Positions 37,290 to 49,347 of a stretch of DNA of 64,000 nt are shown one piece after another. Source of the stretch: Ramazzottius varieornatus (lineage: Eukaryota > Animalia > Tardigrada). The notes below the pieces were generated by a model that saw nothing but the letters and a program-made list of their open reading frames with translations, was not told the DNA's origin and searched no databases. Each line of letters begins with the position of its first letter. The first letter of the stretch is position 1. The position numbers and the translations under genes are program-made. The stretch lies in assembly GCA_001949185.1 (NCBI GenBank), contig BDGG01000005.1, positions 3,077,972 to 3,141,971 of the forward strand. Reading direction: 5' to 3'.

Positions 37290-39288
37290 TTGTGAATTAT
37301 CCTCCTTGATCTTCATTGTACTGTACTCCGATCATGGGGACTGGAACCGGGTGACCACTGCCATCACGGTCAATACATGCTTTTGTTTCGGTAACATGGA
37401 TGGTCACGGCTAACTGTCCGTTTGCCCTCGAACGACAATCTTCGTCCTGTTAAAAAATGTTTGAGCTATACTTTACGCTTTTCATAACGATTGCCCTCGA
37501 ACTGTGTGGAATTTCTGGATGTAACTGCTTTTCCTACGTGAGTACGTGTTGGCTACTTGATTCAGTTTAGCGCTTCTTGTGGATATCATTGAATCAACAA
37601 ACACTCTACGAGCATATCCGTTGAAGACTTTCGCGCGCGTAGAAGCAGTGAACCTGATGCGAGTTGCAGCACACCAAGAACCAGCGTAACAAGTGTTGAG
37701 GTACATAGAACGATCATGGACGGCTTCTGCCGATGCTTGTAATTGGGTTCAGCTGACTGCTGTTCACATAGAACACTTCTCCACTTCAGTCCTCAAGGTT
37801 CTCGCGCGAGTATTTGCTACAGCGTGTAAATTCGAGAAACCGCACTTCACAGTGATCCAGCATGAGGAAGAGCCGCATACTGTAATGCTTCTTGAACTTC
37901 GCAAACTGACGTCACAGTAAGCGTAGAGTTTACGGGTATGGTGACACATACAACAAACGCTTACAGTGCCGCAATTCGCGAAGTTCAAGAAGCATTGCAG
38001 TAGTTCGGAGGCGTACGCACAAGCTTGCTTCGGGTATTTGAGGTGTCGCCGGGGGTCTTTCCCTGAGCACTTGAACCCAGGGCCGGCGCGGCCTGCATTG
38101 AATGTATCAGAGTAATACCGTGACGTCACTGGCTCAGGCTGTTTGCAGTGCGAAAGCGATCGTGGCGCATGACGTCATGTGACAAGCTTGGTACATTCAA
38201 TACACGACGGAAAACTGTTCGATACACTGTACGTCGTCAAAATCCGTACCAGGGTCAGGGTGTTCGCCGACTTTTGAGTTCTGAGTGCGGTGGTATACCT
38301 GGCCCTAGGATGGGGTCGATAGAGTTGGGGCACGCATGCAGGGGATAAATCGAGGACCCAGGGGATCAAACTTGCGCCCTCTGTTGGTGAAGCCTAGCTT
38401 CGACAAACGGTGACATTTAGCCATAACACTTTTAGGGAAAGGCTCTGCAGAGACTTGTCCGAATCTTCGGTATTCAGTCAGGGTCGGTTCAATATTGTTG
38501 CTCGGGTGGTAGCGAGTCCAGTGACAGACAAAAACTAACAGTAACGTTGCTCAAGACATCGGAAAATTTCACTCAGATCGGGGCAAGTTTTGTCTTAGTC
38601 TCACTGGCTGAGAATCTGTGCTGTTTCAAATGATGGTGGTTGGATCACGATCCTGCCTGTGTCTAATTTTGATCGGTCGTTTGGCTTTGCTACGCATCAG
38701 CTCTTCACGGTCACGTTTTCAACGACCCTCGCACTCACCATCCTGAAAGGTTAGATAACACCAGAAAGCAAGAAGGAAACTCGCGTGTACCGCGCCTCAG
38801 GTTTAATCGTTTACCTTTTACGGAAATAATCCCGGAAGCGTGAGTTTTGTTAAGAACTGACAATAGACCCGAAGTAAGCTGGTAAATGAGATGATTTGAT
38901 GACGACGATTCCCAAAAGTCCTCAGGCAATTTCCGGCTTTAGTCAGTGGCAGACAGATTTTCATTTTGTGGAGTGATGTTTCCGACAACCGGCCTGTCAA
39001 ATGAGCATGTTTGTTCCCCTATCCGTCAAAAGTTCTCACAAGCTTGAATGACTTTGAGATACGGTTTACCGGCAGGTACAGACGACAGAACGAAAGCAAA
39101 ACGGGCAATCCTTGTACCGTTTCATGATCCCCAACCTTAACTATTCATAGCTCGTTATGGAGTGCAGACCCAATAATCAGTCTCCTACTTAAACCTCCGT
39201 TTGAGATATGAAGAAGAACAGTTGATTCGGTTGAGCTCCTCATCTGCCCTAATCCTCCACCAACTCACCAAACATTGATCGAACGGAC

Positions 39289-39698
39289 ATGGCGGTCCAT
39301 CAATTGATTGCTATCACGCTTCTGTTCAATGGGATGTTCTGCAACGGTCTGTGGTTGAGTCGCTCGTGGATCATCCCCAACACGACTCCAGTCGCCGGAG
39401 ACGTCCAACAAGCCACCCCAGCAGTGCCAGTGGAAAAGAAGATTCCGATGCATAACGTTGATCTGGAGCACCTCCGTCGACTGGCGGAAAGGGTGTTCGG
39501 AGGCAGTCGGCCATCCCAGCCTTTTGGCCGACCTCGATTTCGGTAAGCAGTCAGAATTATAAAATGGAATTCATACTTGGTTATACTCTGGGCAGTTCCT
39601 TGAACAATATCTTGTATTACAGTTATGGAGCACTTCCTGTACCGGTACCATCTATGATCTCATCCGACACTGCGTACGATGCCGATGCATCACAATAA
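39289..39698 (+). CDS. Divergent NPF-like precursor unit 3 (...FGRPRFRYG + 22-aa tail)
   Basis: Signal peptide and helix LEHLRRLAE, with the same phase-2 Arg intron 39543-39622 (CG|gtaagc...ttacag|T TAT GGA). Stop at 39696-39698. Confidence 0.7.
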
Positions 39699-40127
39699 TT
39701 TAGCACTGCTATACGACAGCTACGACGAGGCGTCGACTTGAACCCGCTGCACATATGAAGAGGAGCAAGTAGTTTCTGTTTTACAAGGTACTCTCACTAG
39801 AGCAGTTTGATCATGTTTTGGCCAGTATCGACAAGTTCTCAAAAATAGTCACGTACAAAGCTTACATGCGGAACTTCTTTGTTCCGACATATCCTGCACA
39901 AAACGCATCCCGACGAATGTAATTTTTTATTTATTAAGTGTGAGTTGCACTTCTGAACTGGGGTCTTGTGGACACAACTGTAAATCAAAAATTTGCCCTG
40001 GTAGGGAAGCACTTTGTACACTGTATTAATAGCAAGGTAGCTTTGGTGAGTCTCCGGTATTCGAGCGATCCTCTGCAGTGAGAAATATGAAGCATTCGGC
40101 TTGTAATGGATGTGAAATAGGGAATGG

Positions 40128-41110
40128 TTAACCAGATGTCGGCAAAGTGTTGAATCGGTAACATCCTCCGTTATTGGCTAAAGCAGTCTTCAGGACGTTT
40201 ACTTGTTGAACAAACTGTGCAGGTGCGGTTGGTGCAGGGTTGCACGGAGGGAAGGCAAGAGTGGAGTTCCAGAGGGTAGAGCTGAGGTCGCTGAATGCGT
40301 ACCCGTATGGTTGCAAGGCTTGATTGACCGCATTTTGAACCAGAGTTTGTGTGGTTGCAGGCAGACTAGGTGGTCTAAGTCTTGTTAGAACAAATATGCT
40401 CGGTGTCAGGCAAAAGGTAGGTCGGTTTGGGTCTCTGGCCGTACACACTACACTGACTTCAACGTTGTCGTAATCAGTGTAGAGAATGGTGAGTACCGCT
40501 CTGACTAAAAACAGACCAGAGCACTCGGTGGTCCGTCATGCAGCTTTCACCTTTCCCGAAAGCCATTTAGACCGTATTCCACAACATTCTCGGAGGTTTG
40601 AAGTGCTTACCTGGGGTGGTACTTCCTTGTCGCCAGACAGAGCTTATTTTCTTCCCGTCAGCTGTGAAGTTGGCCTGTTGAAAAGTCGAAAAACAGGCTG
40701 GTGTGGTTGTTCCAGCTTGCGCAGCGGGAACGAAGGCTTGGGTGGTCCAGTGCATAGCTACGGTGAGTGGCGTAGTACTAGCGATTCCGATGGGAAGGTA
40801 CGTGCTAAAGGCATTGGCATCAGTGATCCCCACCGTGAGGTGCTTGTACTCGTACCACGTTCCGTACATCTGGAAGTAAACATCTTGTGTGCGTAATTAT
40901 TACACATACGGAAGACAGACCGCTTCACATGGGAACCTATCTACAAAATACTGTAGTACTTACTTTGCAAGGATCAAGCGGGATGCCGGTTAGAATCAGC
41001 GGGAAGCCGGCTTTTCCGAGTGAGTCGAGTTGGGTCTGGCCACGCACCGCATGCCGACTTAGGACGGACAGTACCAACGTTAACACAGGGGCACTGAGCG
41101 AAAAATACAT
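40128..41110 (-). CDS. Secreted lipocalin (ApoD-like) with a C-terminal extension, 3 exons
   Basis: Exons 41110-40964, 40869-40611 and 40504-40128. Signal peptide, SCR1 MYGTWYE, SCR2 LYTDYD and SCR3 FVLTR. Confidence 0.8.
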
Positions 41111-41911
41111 TTTAGACAGAGTTCGCTCTCCGATCAGCCGAAGTAAAAAACCCTGGACAACACTAGAGATCACCGCGTGGCTGACAGTCGTGAATCCGAT
41201 GAGAATATCTTGAGCCGATTCGGACTTTATCTGAAAAATTAGTTGGCAAGATCATTGAGATGGTGAATTCCATTCTATGGGTTTTCGGCTCGGTAATACG
41301 TTACTGAACACCATAATAGAAATGCTGCAGTCAGAACTTTTGCGTATTCTCTTGAGAATGCGCTGATCATATCAAACCCATATCTACAGACTTCGCCGGG
41401 CACCGTTAAATCAAAGTAAGAAAAATCAAATAATGAGATAACATGAAATTTCCGGCACGTGGACATGTGGGTCGTGGAGACAGATGACATATGAGACTGT
41501 TTGCATTACAGTTTAAACAGACGGCAAATACCAACGTAACAAACCGCACAACAGAGTTGTGGATCAATGTGCATTGCGGTTTCCGGCCCTGCCACAACGC
41601 TTTACTCGCTTGTTCGAATCCTACTTACGCTTTCCAAGTGCTGCCACCTGTCATTTGATTCGGAAAATAACAGCCGTTGGGGAAGTCGGCGGTACAAAAA
41701 CACAAACGACTCCTTGACAGCAGCAGAAACTCATTGACAGAGAAAGTTGAGCTATTAGGATGAGGAGCCAATTTGGAAGCGAAAACGAAGGCGGTGAGTG
41801 CATGGACAATAGCCGTGTAATTCTACATAGGTATTTCTCGTCGCGTCAGAAAACGCCCAGCAGGGAGTAAAGATTTTATAACCTCTGACACCAGCGTGCC
41901 GGTGAACACGA

Positions 41912-42778
41912 AAAACATACACTGATTCCCATAAGTCAGTGACTAGCCACCCTACACGTCCATTCACAACTTCCTTCATTGTTAAACGATTTGGATATTC
42001 CAAAGATCCCTGCGTAAACTAACGCATTATCTTTATGACCACGTGATTTCCGTGCAAACTCATCGATGAATTAACTGGCAATGCTCGGCCTACAAATCTT
42101 TCGAACTAGCTTGTTTTCGGTGCCGCGCCCAGAGTCAGAGTGCCCGCCAAAAGTTGGTACAGTCCATTTGGCATCGTAAGGCCAATATCGGTCTTTCAAA
42201 TATGCCCACGCATGAATTATTCTTAGCTCTGCAGAAGAAATTTCGCTAACAGGCCAACGAGGAAGTAGTATCGGTTGTTTTCGGCAGGGAATACTCCGTA
42301 TGCCTTGTCTCCGATATCCTTACCACCAGGATATGCCTGAATGGTAGCCAGTTCAATAAACACGACTCAGCTTTTTTTTCAGGTCTTTCGATCAAACGGA
42401 ACGGAATATATCGTAAGTTTAAGATGAAACAGTGTGTTTTACGCCGCGAAAAACCCAAATCGGCATGTTAGCGAAACTTCTTCTACAGAGCTCAAAAAAT
42501 TTCACACGTAGGCTTTTCTAAAGCGCCGGTATTGGTTCTACCGTACGATAAGAAGCGGATTGTGCGAAATGTTGGTTACGTGACGGTGCTGAAAATTAGT
42601 TAGTTCTGAAGGATTTCAGGCCGAGCACTACCAGATGATTTATCGATAAGTTCGCACGAAAGTCACGTGGTCCTGACGATAAACATTATTCTTCGCAGGC
42701 ACGACGAAGGAAGTAATGAATTTCTGGATGGACGTATCTGGTGACTAACTTAATCACTCATGGGAGCCGAAGTATGCT
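41912..42778. repeat. Old, degenerate long palindrome (foldback element)
   Basis: gaccacgtgatttccgtgcaaactcatcgat..tgctcggcct is mirrored at about 42617-42673, and inner arms tcttagctctgcagaagaaatttcgctaac pair with gttagcgaaacttcttctacagagctc. Outer limits are approximate. Confidence 0.7.
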
Positions 42779-43649
42779 ATAGAAAGCAAAATCGTCGGAG
42801 AACCTCCACACAGAAAATCAGGAACAGGCGGGTGCGGGCAGAAAGAGAAAGTGAAGGAGCCAGGAGAAGAAGGGAATGAGAAATACATTTCCTGCCTCGC
42901 GTTATGAACGAAACACGAAAACGGAGCACGACAATGCAACGTAGGAGGGACAGCAAGTGGATATCGGCGGCTCACTTTTGTTAAAATGGACTTCTGACCA
43001 AATCGTTCACGAATTGGCCTCTAAGTTTTGGGATCCTAACGGTAAAGTTGAACCACTGATGCAGTCAGGTGTAACAGACATCGAGGAAAACGATGCTCGA
43101 GTTCATTCGCCTTCTGGCTAGTGGTCAATCGGCTACGTCAGAAAAATCTGGAGAGGCTCAAAATGTTGAGTGAAAAGTTTTAGACGTCACGGTGACATCA
43201 TACAGCGTGAGAATGCTGCTGTATCTGTTCGGACGCAAAATCCTCCAAGCGGGGGTATCTCAGCTGGTGATCACCCCCAGAATTTTCGAGAAGATCTTCC
43301 CAAAAGGGTGAATAGTTTCTGGAGACTTCGAGCCACGGTGAGGTGCGGCAAACTGGCCACGCGATGCCCTTCGACATGCTTGACAGCCTCATGTAAAAAA
43401 AGAGTACTTTGGAAACAAGAACCATTTTTACAAATTGGGCCGCTACGACTCGAGTATATTTAATAATATTTGTAGTGCGTTCAAGCATAATAGTGACAAA
43501 ATCACTCTTTTTTACGTCTCGCAGAACACTCGGATCAGGTTGTTCTCCTGAACCAGTGACTGATTTTTGAACATTAGCTCATTGTGTATCTTTTGGGATG
43601 GGCTTCTACTGTGTGATGCTGGTTTTCGTTGTGCGAAGTCGATCTGAAG

Positions 43650-44347
43650 AACATGTAGCTACTGTCTGGCGGAGACGGTGACGCAACTGTCTCTGCCAGA
43701 CAGGAGCCAATTGATTTTCAGGGGGCGCTACGGTACGCGAGAGAGACCTGGGAGATATTACTTTATTTCGACGGTCTTTTTCGGCAGGTTTGAACAGAGA
43801 ATAAACTAATTTCATCAGAGAACAAACTAATCTAGAGTAAACTAAAGAACAGTAGACGATTAATACGAAGCAATCATTGTATGAAAACGACCTGAAATGA
43901 AGCAAACATAAAAGTATAATTAGTAGAGATGCTGACGCCTGGAAGGGGGCATGTACACCTCCTCCTTCATCCGAGTCTGTCGACGCTTCTCCATACGTCA
44001 GCGAGTGTCGGACGAAGACGGCTCGGACTTGGGTACTACTCTGGAGTCCGACTTCTCGGATGTGGAGGTGGAGATGGGGACCGAACTGGATCGGAGCTCG
44101 AATGAGGGAGGAGGAGCTGTACATGCCCCCTTCCAAGAGTCAGCGTCTCTGCTAATTATACTCTAATGTTTGCTTCATTTCAGGTCATTTTCATACAATG
44201 ATTGCTTCGTATTAATCGTCTATTGTTCTTTAGTTTACTCTAGATTAGTTTATTCTCTGATCTCCCAGGCCTCTCTCTCGTACCGTGGCTCCTATCTAGC
44301 GGAGACAGTTACGTCACCGTCTCCGCCAGATGGGAGCTATATCTTCT
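43650..44347. repeat. Foldback element with about 250-300-bp inverted arms
   Basis: About 43655-43975 is mirrored by about 44097-44340 (for example tctagagtaaactaaagaac and gttctttagtttactctaga). Confidence 0.85.
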
Positions 44348-44759
44348 ACCTGACGCGTTGACGCCAACGAGACTTTCAAGCCATGAACGAAGAAATTCGC
44401 GCATTCGCCTGCAGTCGAGTTGCACTAAGCCATTGTGTTGCAAACGGTGACCAACTGTCTAGGTTCTCCGACGAAGTCGAGAACGGAAATTTGGTATTTG
44501 AATCCGGAAAAAATTGTTTTCGTTTCGGAGCTCTCGCCAGAAATTTACCGATTCTAGCGGGAAACCAAGTGTATGCGTAAAGAAATCTTTCCTTTTTTCA
44601 CACATTTAACTTTTATAACTCAGGGCTTTGGCAGAATTGGCTTGAATGAATCGAGCCTCATGTTTCCTGAATGAGAAAGCATCTGGCTGCAGGCATAAAT
44701 CAGTTTTGTACTGCAAAGAAAGTGTCGGAAGGTGAACGATTTTTGCCGCTGACGTGGGC

Positions 44760-45215
44760 ACCTTCAGACCATGTCATACGCCGATCATGCTCTTACGTGA
44801 TAGCTATGACTCTTAGCTCTCGACAAACTATGGGAAAGAAGTGCCACCGACCTTTTCCTGGATCTGCAGAAAATCTCAAAGGAACTTCGTTCGCTGTAGA
44901 ACCAATGTTACAGCCCATACAGCACCANNNNNNNNNNNNNNNNNNNNNNNNNNNNNNNNNNNNNNNNNNNNNNNNNNCAACCCGAAACCTGATCGACTCC
45001 TCAAACAAACACTTGTGTACAGTACCTGTGTGACCTGTTTGGTGCCGTATGGGCTGTAACATTGGTTCTACAGCGAACGACGTTCCTTAGGGATTTTCTG
45101 CGGCTCCAGGAAAAGGTCGGTGGCATTTCTTTCCCATAGTTTTTCGAGAGCTAAGAGTCATAACAATCACAGAAAAGCATCGGTAACATGATCCGCATTT
45201 GACATGGTCTGAAGG
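44760..45215. repeat. Foldback element with about 170-bp arms spanning an assembly gap
   Basis: ccttcagaccatgtca...cagcccatacagcacca is mirrored by tggtgccgtatgggctg...tgacatggtctgaagg. Confidence 0.8.
44928..44977. other. Assembly gap (50 N)
   Basis: Run of N bases. Confidence 1.
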
Positions 45216-45259
45216 TCCCTTCATAAGATGAGCAGGGAGAATTTACCGTTGGACGATTA

Positions 45260-46003
45260 CAGGGTGATCCCTATAAGTTGGAACGATTTTAGACACGAAT
45301 AGAAAATTGAGCAGTGCTTTGACTTCTTCGGAAATTCATTCCCACATACAACTAACTACCGAAAACATTGTCAAAATTCTTGTCGAGGTGTCGTGCTCCA
45401 GAAGGAGCACAGTGCTGAAGACGTGAAATAGGGGGAAATCAAAAAGTTTTCGCAAAACCAACAAGCAATGAACTTCAGGCTGGTTTGTTTCCGTTTGAAA
45501 CGTTACAGAACCATTTCGCTGATGCTATTCTCTTGGAAAAACCTTAAAAATATAGTAGAAAAATATCATTGACGAGTTCGTGCACATGGTTGGATTTGTG
45601 AGCAACAATATTGCTGCCAACCCAGGGGGTAAGCAAAATTTTCCGCGTACTTTTTGGACTTTTTTCAGTTTCTGCGTCCGCAGCGAGCTGAAGCGTACGG
45701 TTTGTTTTGTAATAGTTTTTCAATCCGAACATGCTTCTTTCACGAAACAATTTCATGAGGACATTTAGACGTTTTGCCCGTCAGATATAAACATATCAAC
45801 TGAGGTGTCCCTTTTTACCCGTAAAACTTTTGGTTTTCAGTAGTTCACAACAATCAAACGATTAATGTTTTGTTGAGGAGACCTTCACAAAAATTGAAGA
45901 TGAAGACATGCTCTATCGAATGAGCTGAAGTTTGAAAATGTGTAGCTAAAAGCGCCTTTACCACGAATTTTCAAAATCGTTTCAACCTATAGGGATCACC
46001 CTG
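45260..46003. mobile_element. Tc1/mariner-type MITE with about 31-bp TIRs and TA TSD
   Basis: TA|cagggtgatccctataagttggaacgatttt ... aaaatcgtttcaacctatagggatcaccctg|TA. Confidence 0.88.
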
Positions 46004-49000
46004 TAGTGCTTGAGACTGAATTTATGGTTCGACGAAGATTTTCCTGCTTTTCGCAAAAGCTTTCCGGAAAAAAGCTAGTTTAGAGGATGCTCCATTAGTG
46101 GAAACTACGAGCAGAAAGATACGCGTGCCTTCCTCGAGGCATGTAATTTTTCCTAAGAGTTGGCACTACTTTGCTAGAACGCAATGCATATGAGGGTTGA
46201 TACGAGAGGCCATACTACTTTACATATCATTATAAACAGATTCTGCGATATCAAAATCGTCCCCGTTCTTAACGGAATTGCTGGGTTCCGTGCCAAGCAA
46301 GGGAGGTGGCTGTAGCGACCGTGGGTATGGTATTCAAGAGGAAGACAGTAAACGCGGATGTGGCACAGAATCCCAACATCGAACTTTACTTCTCGATTTG
46401 ATTAATCTCCCTAATGTACGTTTCTCGAATTTGAAGTGCTAGGAGGAAGTTTGATGGAGGAGACTCTGGGGTTTGTTGCAGTTGTGCGGGGTACCGGTGG
46501 TGCGGCCTTAGACGTTGGTCCTACCAGTACCGAAAGTGGGACGCTGTTGAGATCTTTCCTCATTTTGTGCAGCATAACGTCTTGGTTTCCTTTCGGTACC
46601 GAGATGTCAGGCGATGAAGAGGGGTTTGCAACCGTTGTCGTTTCCTCTGTTGCACCGACATGTTGTATAGCAGGACAGCAAATTGTCAGGCCTACAACAA
46701 CTAATTTTCTTTTCAGAGATCAAGATCGATTTTTTGTGGCCAAACGCCAACTTCCATCGGAAAGTAATGCTAAGGGAGAAACTTACCAACGAAAACAGCC
46801 ATGCGCAAGACGTCCATGGTTCACGGATGAGAGAAAGGTCCCGAAAGTACAAGGTCCAATGCAAAAGGTTAGAACAACGAAGAACGGTTTCTCGAACTAA
46901 TATGATACCTCACTCAAGGGTTCTGACAGGCGGCGACCGTTTGAAGAACAAAACTTCGACATGGACATGTTTTCTGCTTTAATGGGGACCGAATTGTGCA
47001 GTACCCCTGTCAGCTTTGACACCAGATACGAAGAAAGCTTTATTGACTTGGACATGGGAAAGAGATTTCCAGGTGAATCGATCATGTGCGGACACTACAG
47101 AGTAACTGAATGCTGCTTATCTACCGGTGTTTGTCAATAAGACATCAGCGGTTTCCCGTAGCGCTGTATCGAAAGTACGGTACTGGGTTTCCGGAAACAT
47201 CCACCGTGGCCGTATTACGGTTCAGCTAGCTTGTTATAGTCCGCGTGAAACTTTGTGTTTGACGCAAAGTCACCGAGGCATAGAGATGAAAACCCAGTAC
47301 ACCGAATGGGATACAGGATACCGGTCCCGATGTCACTCTTTGTTTTCCTCCAACGTGACGTTCGATCTGACCAGAAGAAAAACCGAGTTCGGCAAACCAG
47401 TCGAACTCGGCATCGATATCGCTATTCCAAACTTGTCGTCTGTTGTCCAAAAGTACAGTAGTATCACAGTTGTTGTCGGTACTTTATACCATATAGCAAA
47501 GCAGTATCATCGGCGCATTTGTCTGATCTGTCGACCGTAACTGCCACTCGAAAAACAATGAATGTCATGAAGTATTATCTGTGAGCGAATCGTAGTCAAC
47601 ATCTAAAGCCACGACTTGATTAGCGACAACAGAAGCCGTCATTAGTTAGATCTAATCAAGTCACCACTGTTGTCTGCAACAAGCACAAAAATGGATCCGG
47701 ACGTGTTGCTTTCCAACAAACCGCTCGTAATTTTCAGTTAAATTACATTATCTCAAGATTGAATTTTTGACAAGTAATGTGGGAACTGTCAATTTTTAGA
47801 GCCATCGTCCATATTTTATTCCATCACTGTGCGTTCCACCTTGTGCTACATAATTTCAGCACATTATCAGTATACATTTCTCACAAAGATCAGCGTCAAA
47901 GCCAAACTTTAGCTAGCGCTTTGTCAGCGTATTCCTTTACATCATGCATCTCTCTCCCCGCGCTGTTGCTGTTGTCGTCAGTCTGGGTGAATACTGTAAT
48001 GATTGAACTCTTAATTCGAAAAGATTCAGCTGTGAAACAAAAACCCTATCGGGTGTCAATTCGACTTTTCAGGTTTTAAGTTCTAATACAGGTGGCATGC
48101 GTTTGAGGGCTTATTCGTACCAGCTGTCGACGATTTGTCAGCACTGATCCGATCTGTTAGCGCACTCGAGAAGGTGCGGCCAGTCAAAGAGCACCCAAAT
48201 TGTTCCTCCGCCGAAACTCTACTATGCGACCCGAAAAATTTGCCGACCCCTCGACCCTTCAAGCTTCACCACTGACGCCTATCCTCTGGCAGGGACTAGT
48301 TGAGCAGCTTTTTCCGTTTCCCAGCGCGGAGGAAAAAAGCGGGCTCACTGGACCAGCCAGTGGCGGGCCTAAACATTCCTCATAATCGGTCAAACCCTCG
48401 TGCCAACTGGTCAACCCCCCAGCTATTCAGAGATAAACGTACTGGCCTCACGGGCCGAATCTGCTGAAAGGCTGGCCTATGGGCCAGAGCTGCAGTTTTC
48501 TTGGCCCCATCGTCTCCCTGATCTCAACGCATCCCTGCCTGCTGGCCAAAACTTTCATCCCATGCCTGGGACAGTACCGAGCGACACAGCCTTCAACGAT
48601 GGGATTGGATGAAGGTTTTGGCCTCAACCGTACTCCGCAATAGTTGGACAGAATGTCGATTGCTTCAGTAGAATCAGTTGTGGTCAGCTGAAAGTTGGTT
48701 TGGAAGCTTAGAGGAATCTAACGAAGGCCGCAGCAGCGGCCAGTGGGGTTCCTGAGGCAGATGGCGCCAAACGATGTTCACTAGATTTTTTGACTGTAAG
48801 CATTACGTCTTATCTGTAGGAATGATCGAGTAGCAGAGTACCAAAATCAGGTCAGTTTCGGACGGTTTTCGATGATGTGCTGTGAGTTGATTTGTTGATC
48901 TGGCTGAAGAAAAGCCACGTGACACGAAAGATAAATTACTTACCTTTGCAAGACAAGTGAAAGTATGCGGATCGGTTGAAAAACAAAGGAGATGTGAATT

Positions 49001-49347
49001 TTTTTAACAAAGATGAGAAGCCCGAATAGTTATGGGAGTCAGTGTACTAACCTTTGACCATGTTTGAAAGCCAAATATTTACAGTGGCTTAACGATGCAC
49101 AATTGTTGGCGGTGAAATTTTAATCAAGTTCTCGCTAATTGACGAAGCATACTCGGCTCTCGAGTCCATTTTCAGCTTCGTCAGCTTGCAGACCTATAAA
49201 CACATCCTGTGTTTACGGTGATTTATCCAATTTGATTTGCAAGAACTTCGTACGGATTTCGAACGAGTGGAAACTTGTGCTTACTGAAGTACGATAATAT
49301 CTCAACTCCATACGTTGTCGTGCTCGTTAAGAGTATGTTTCACAGAT

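Noticed and set aside
37907-38177. Three TGACGTCA (CRE-like) sites between NPF units 2 and 3
   Set aside because: The octamer is frequent in this window, including inside transposon TIRs, and one site lies in a hairpin repeat (about 37877-38003), so a regulatory role cannot be supported.
43606-44136. 176-aa ORF and its mirror ORFs
   Set aside because: They are a by-product of the foldback element, with the same peptide on both strands.
46400-47520. Possible multi-exon minus-strand gene (Ser/Thr/Pro-rich and Cys-containing open segments)
   Set aside because: I could not assemble a consistent spliced frame or recognise a domain.
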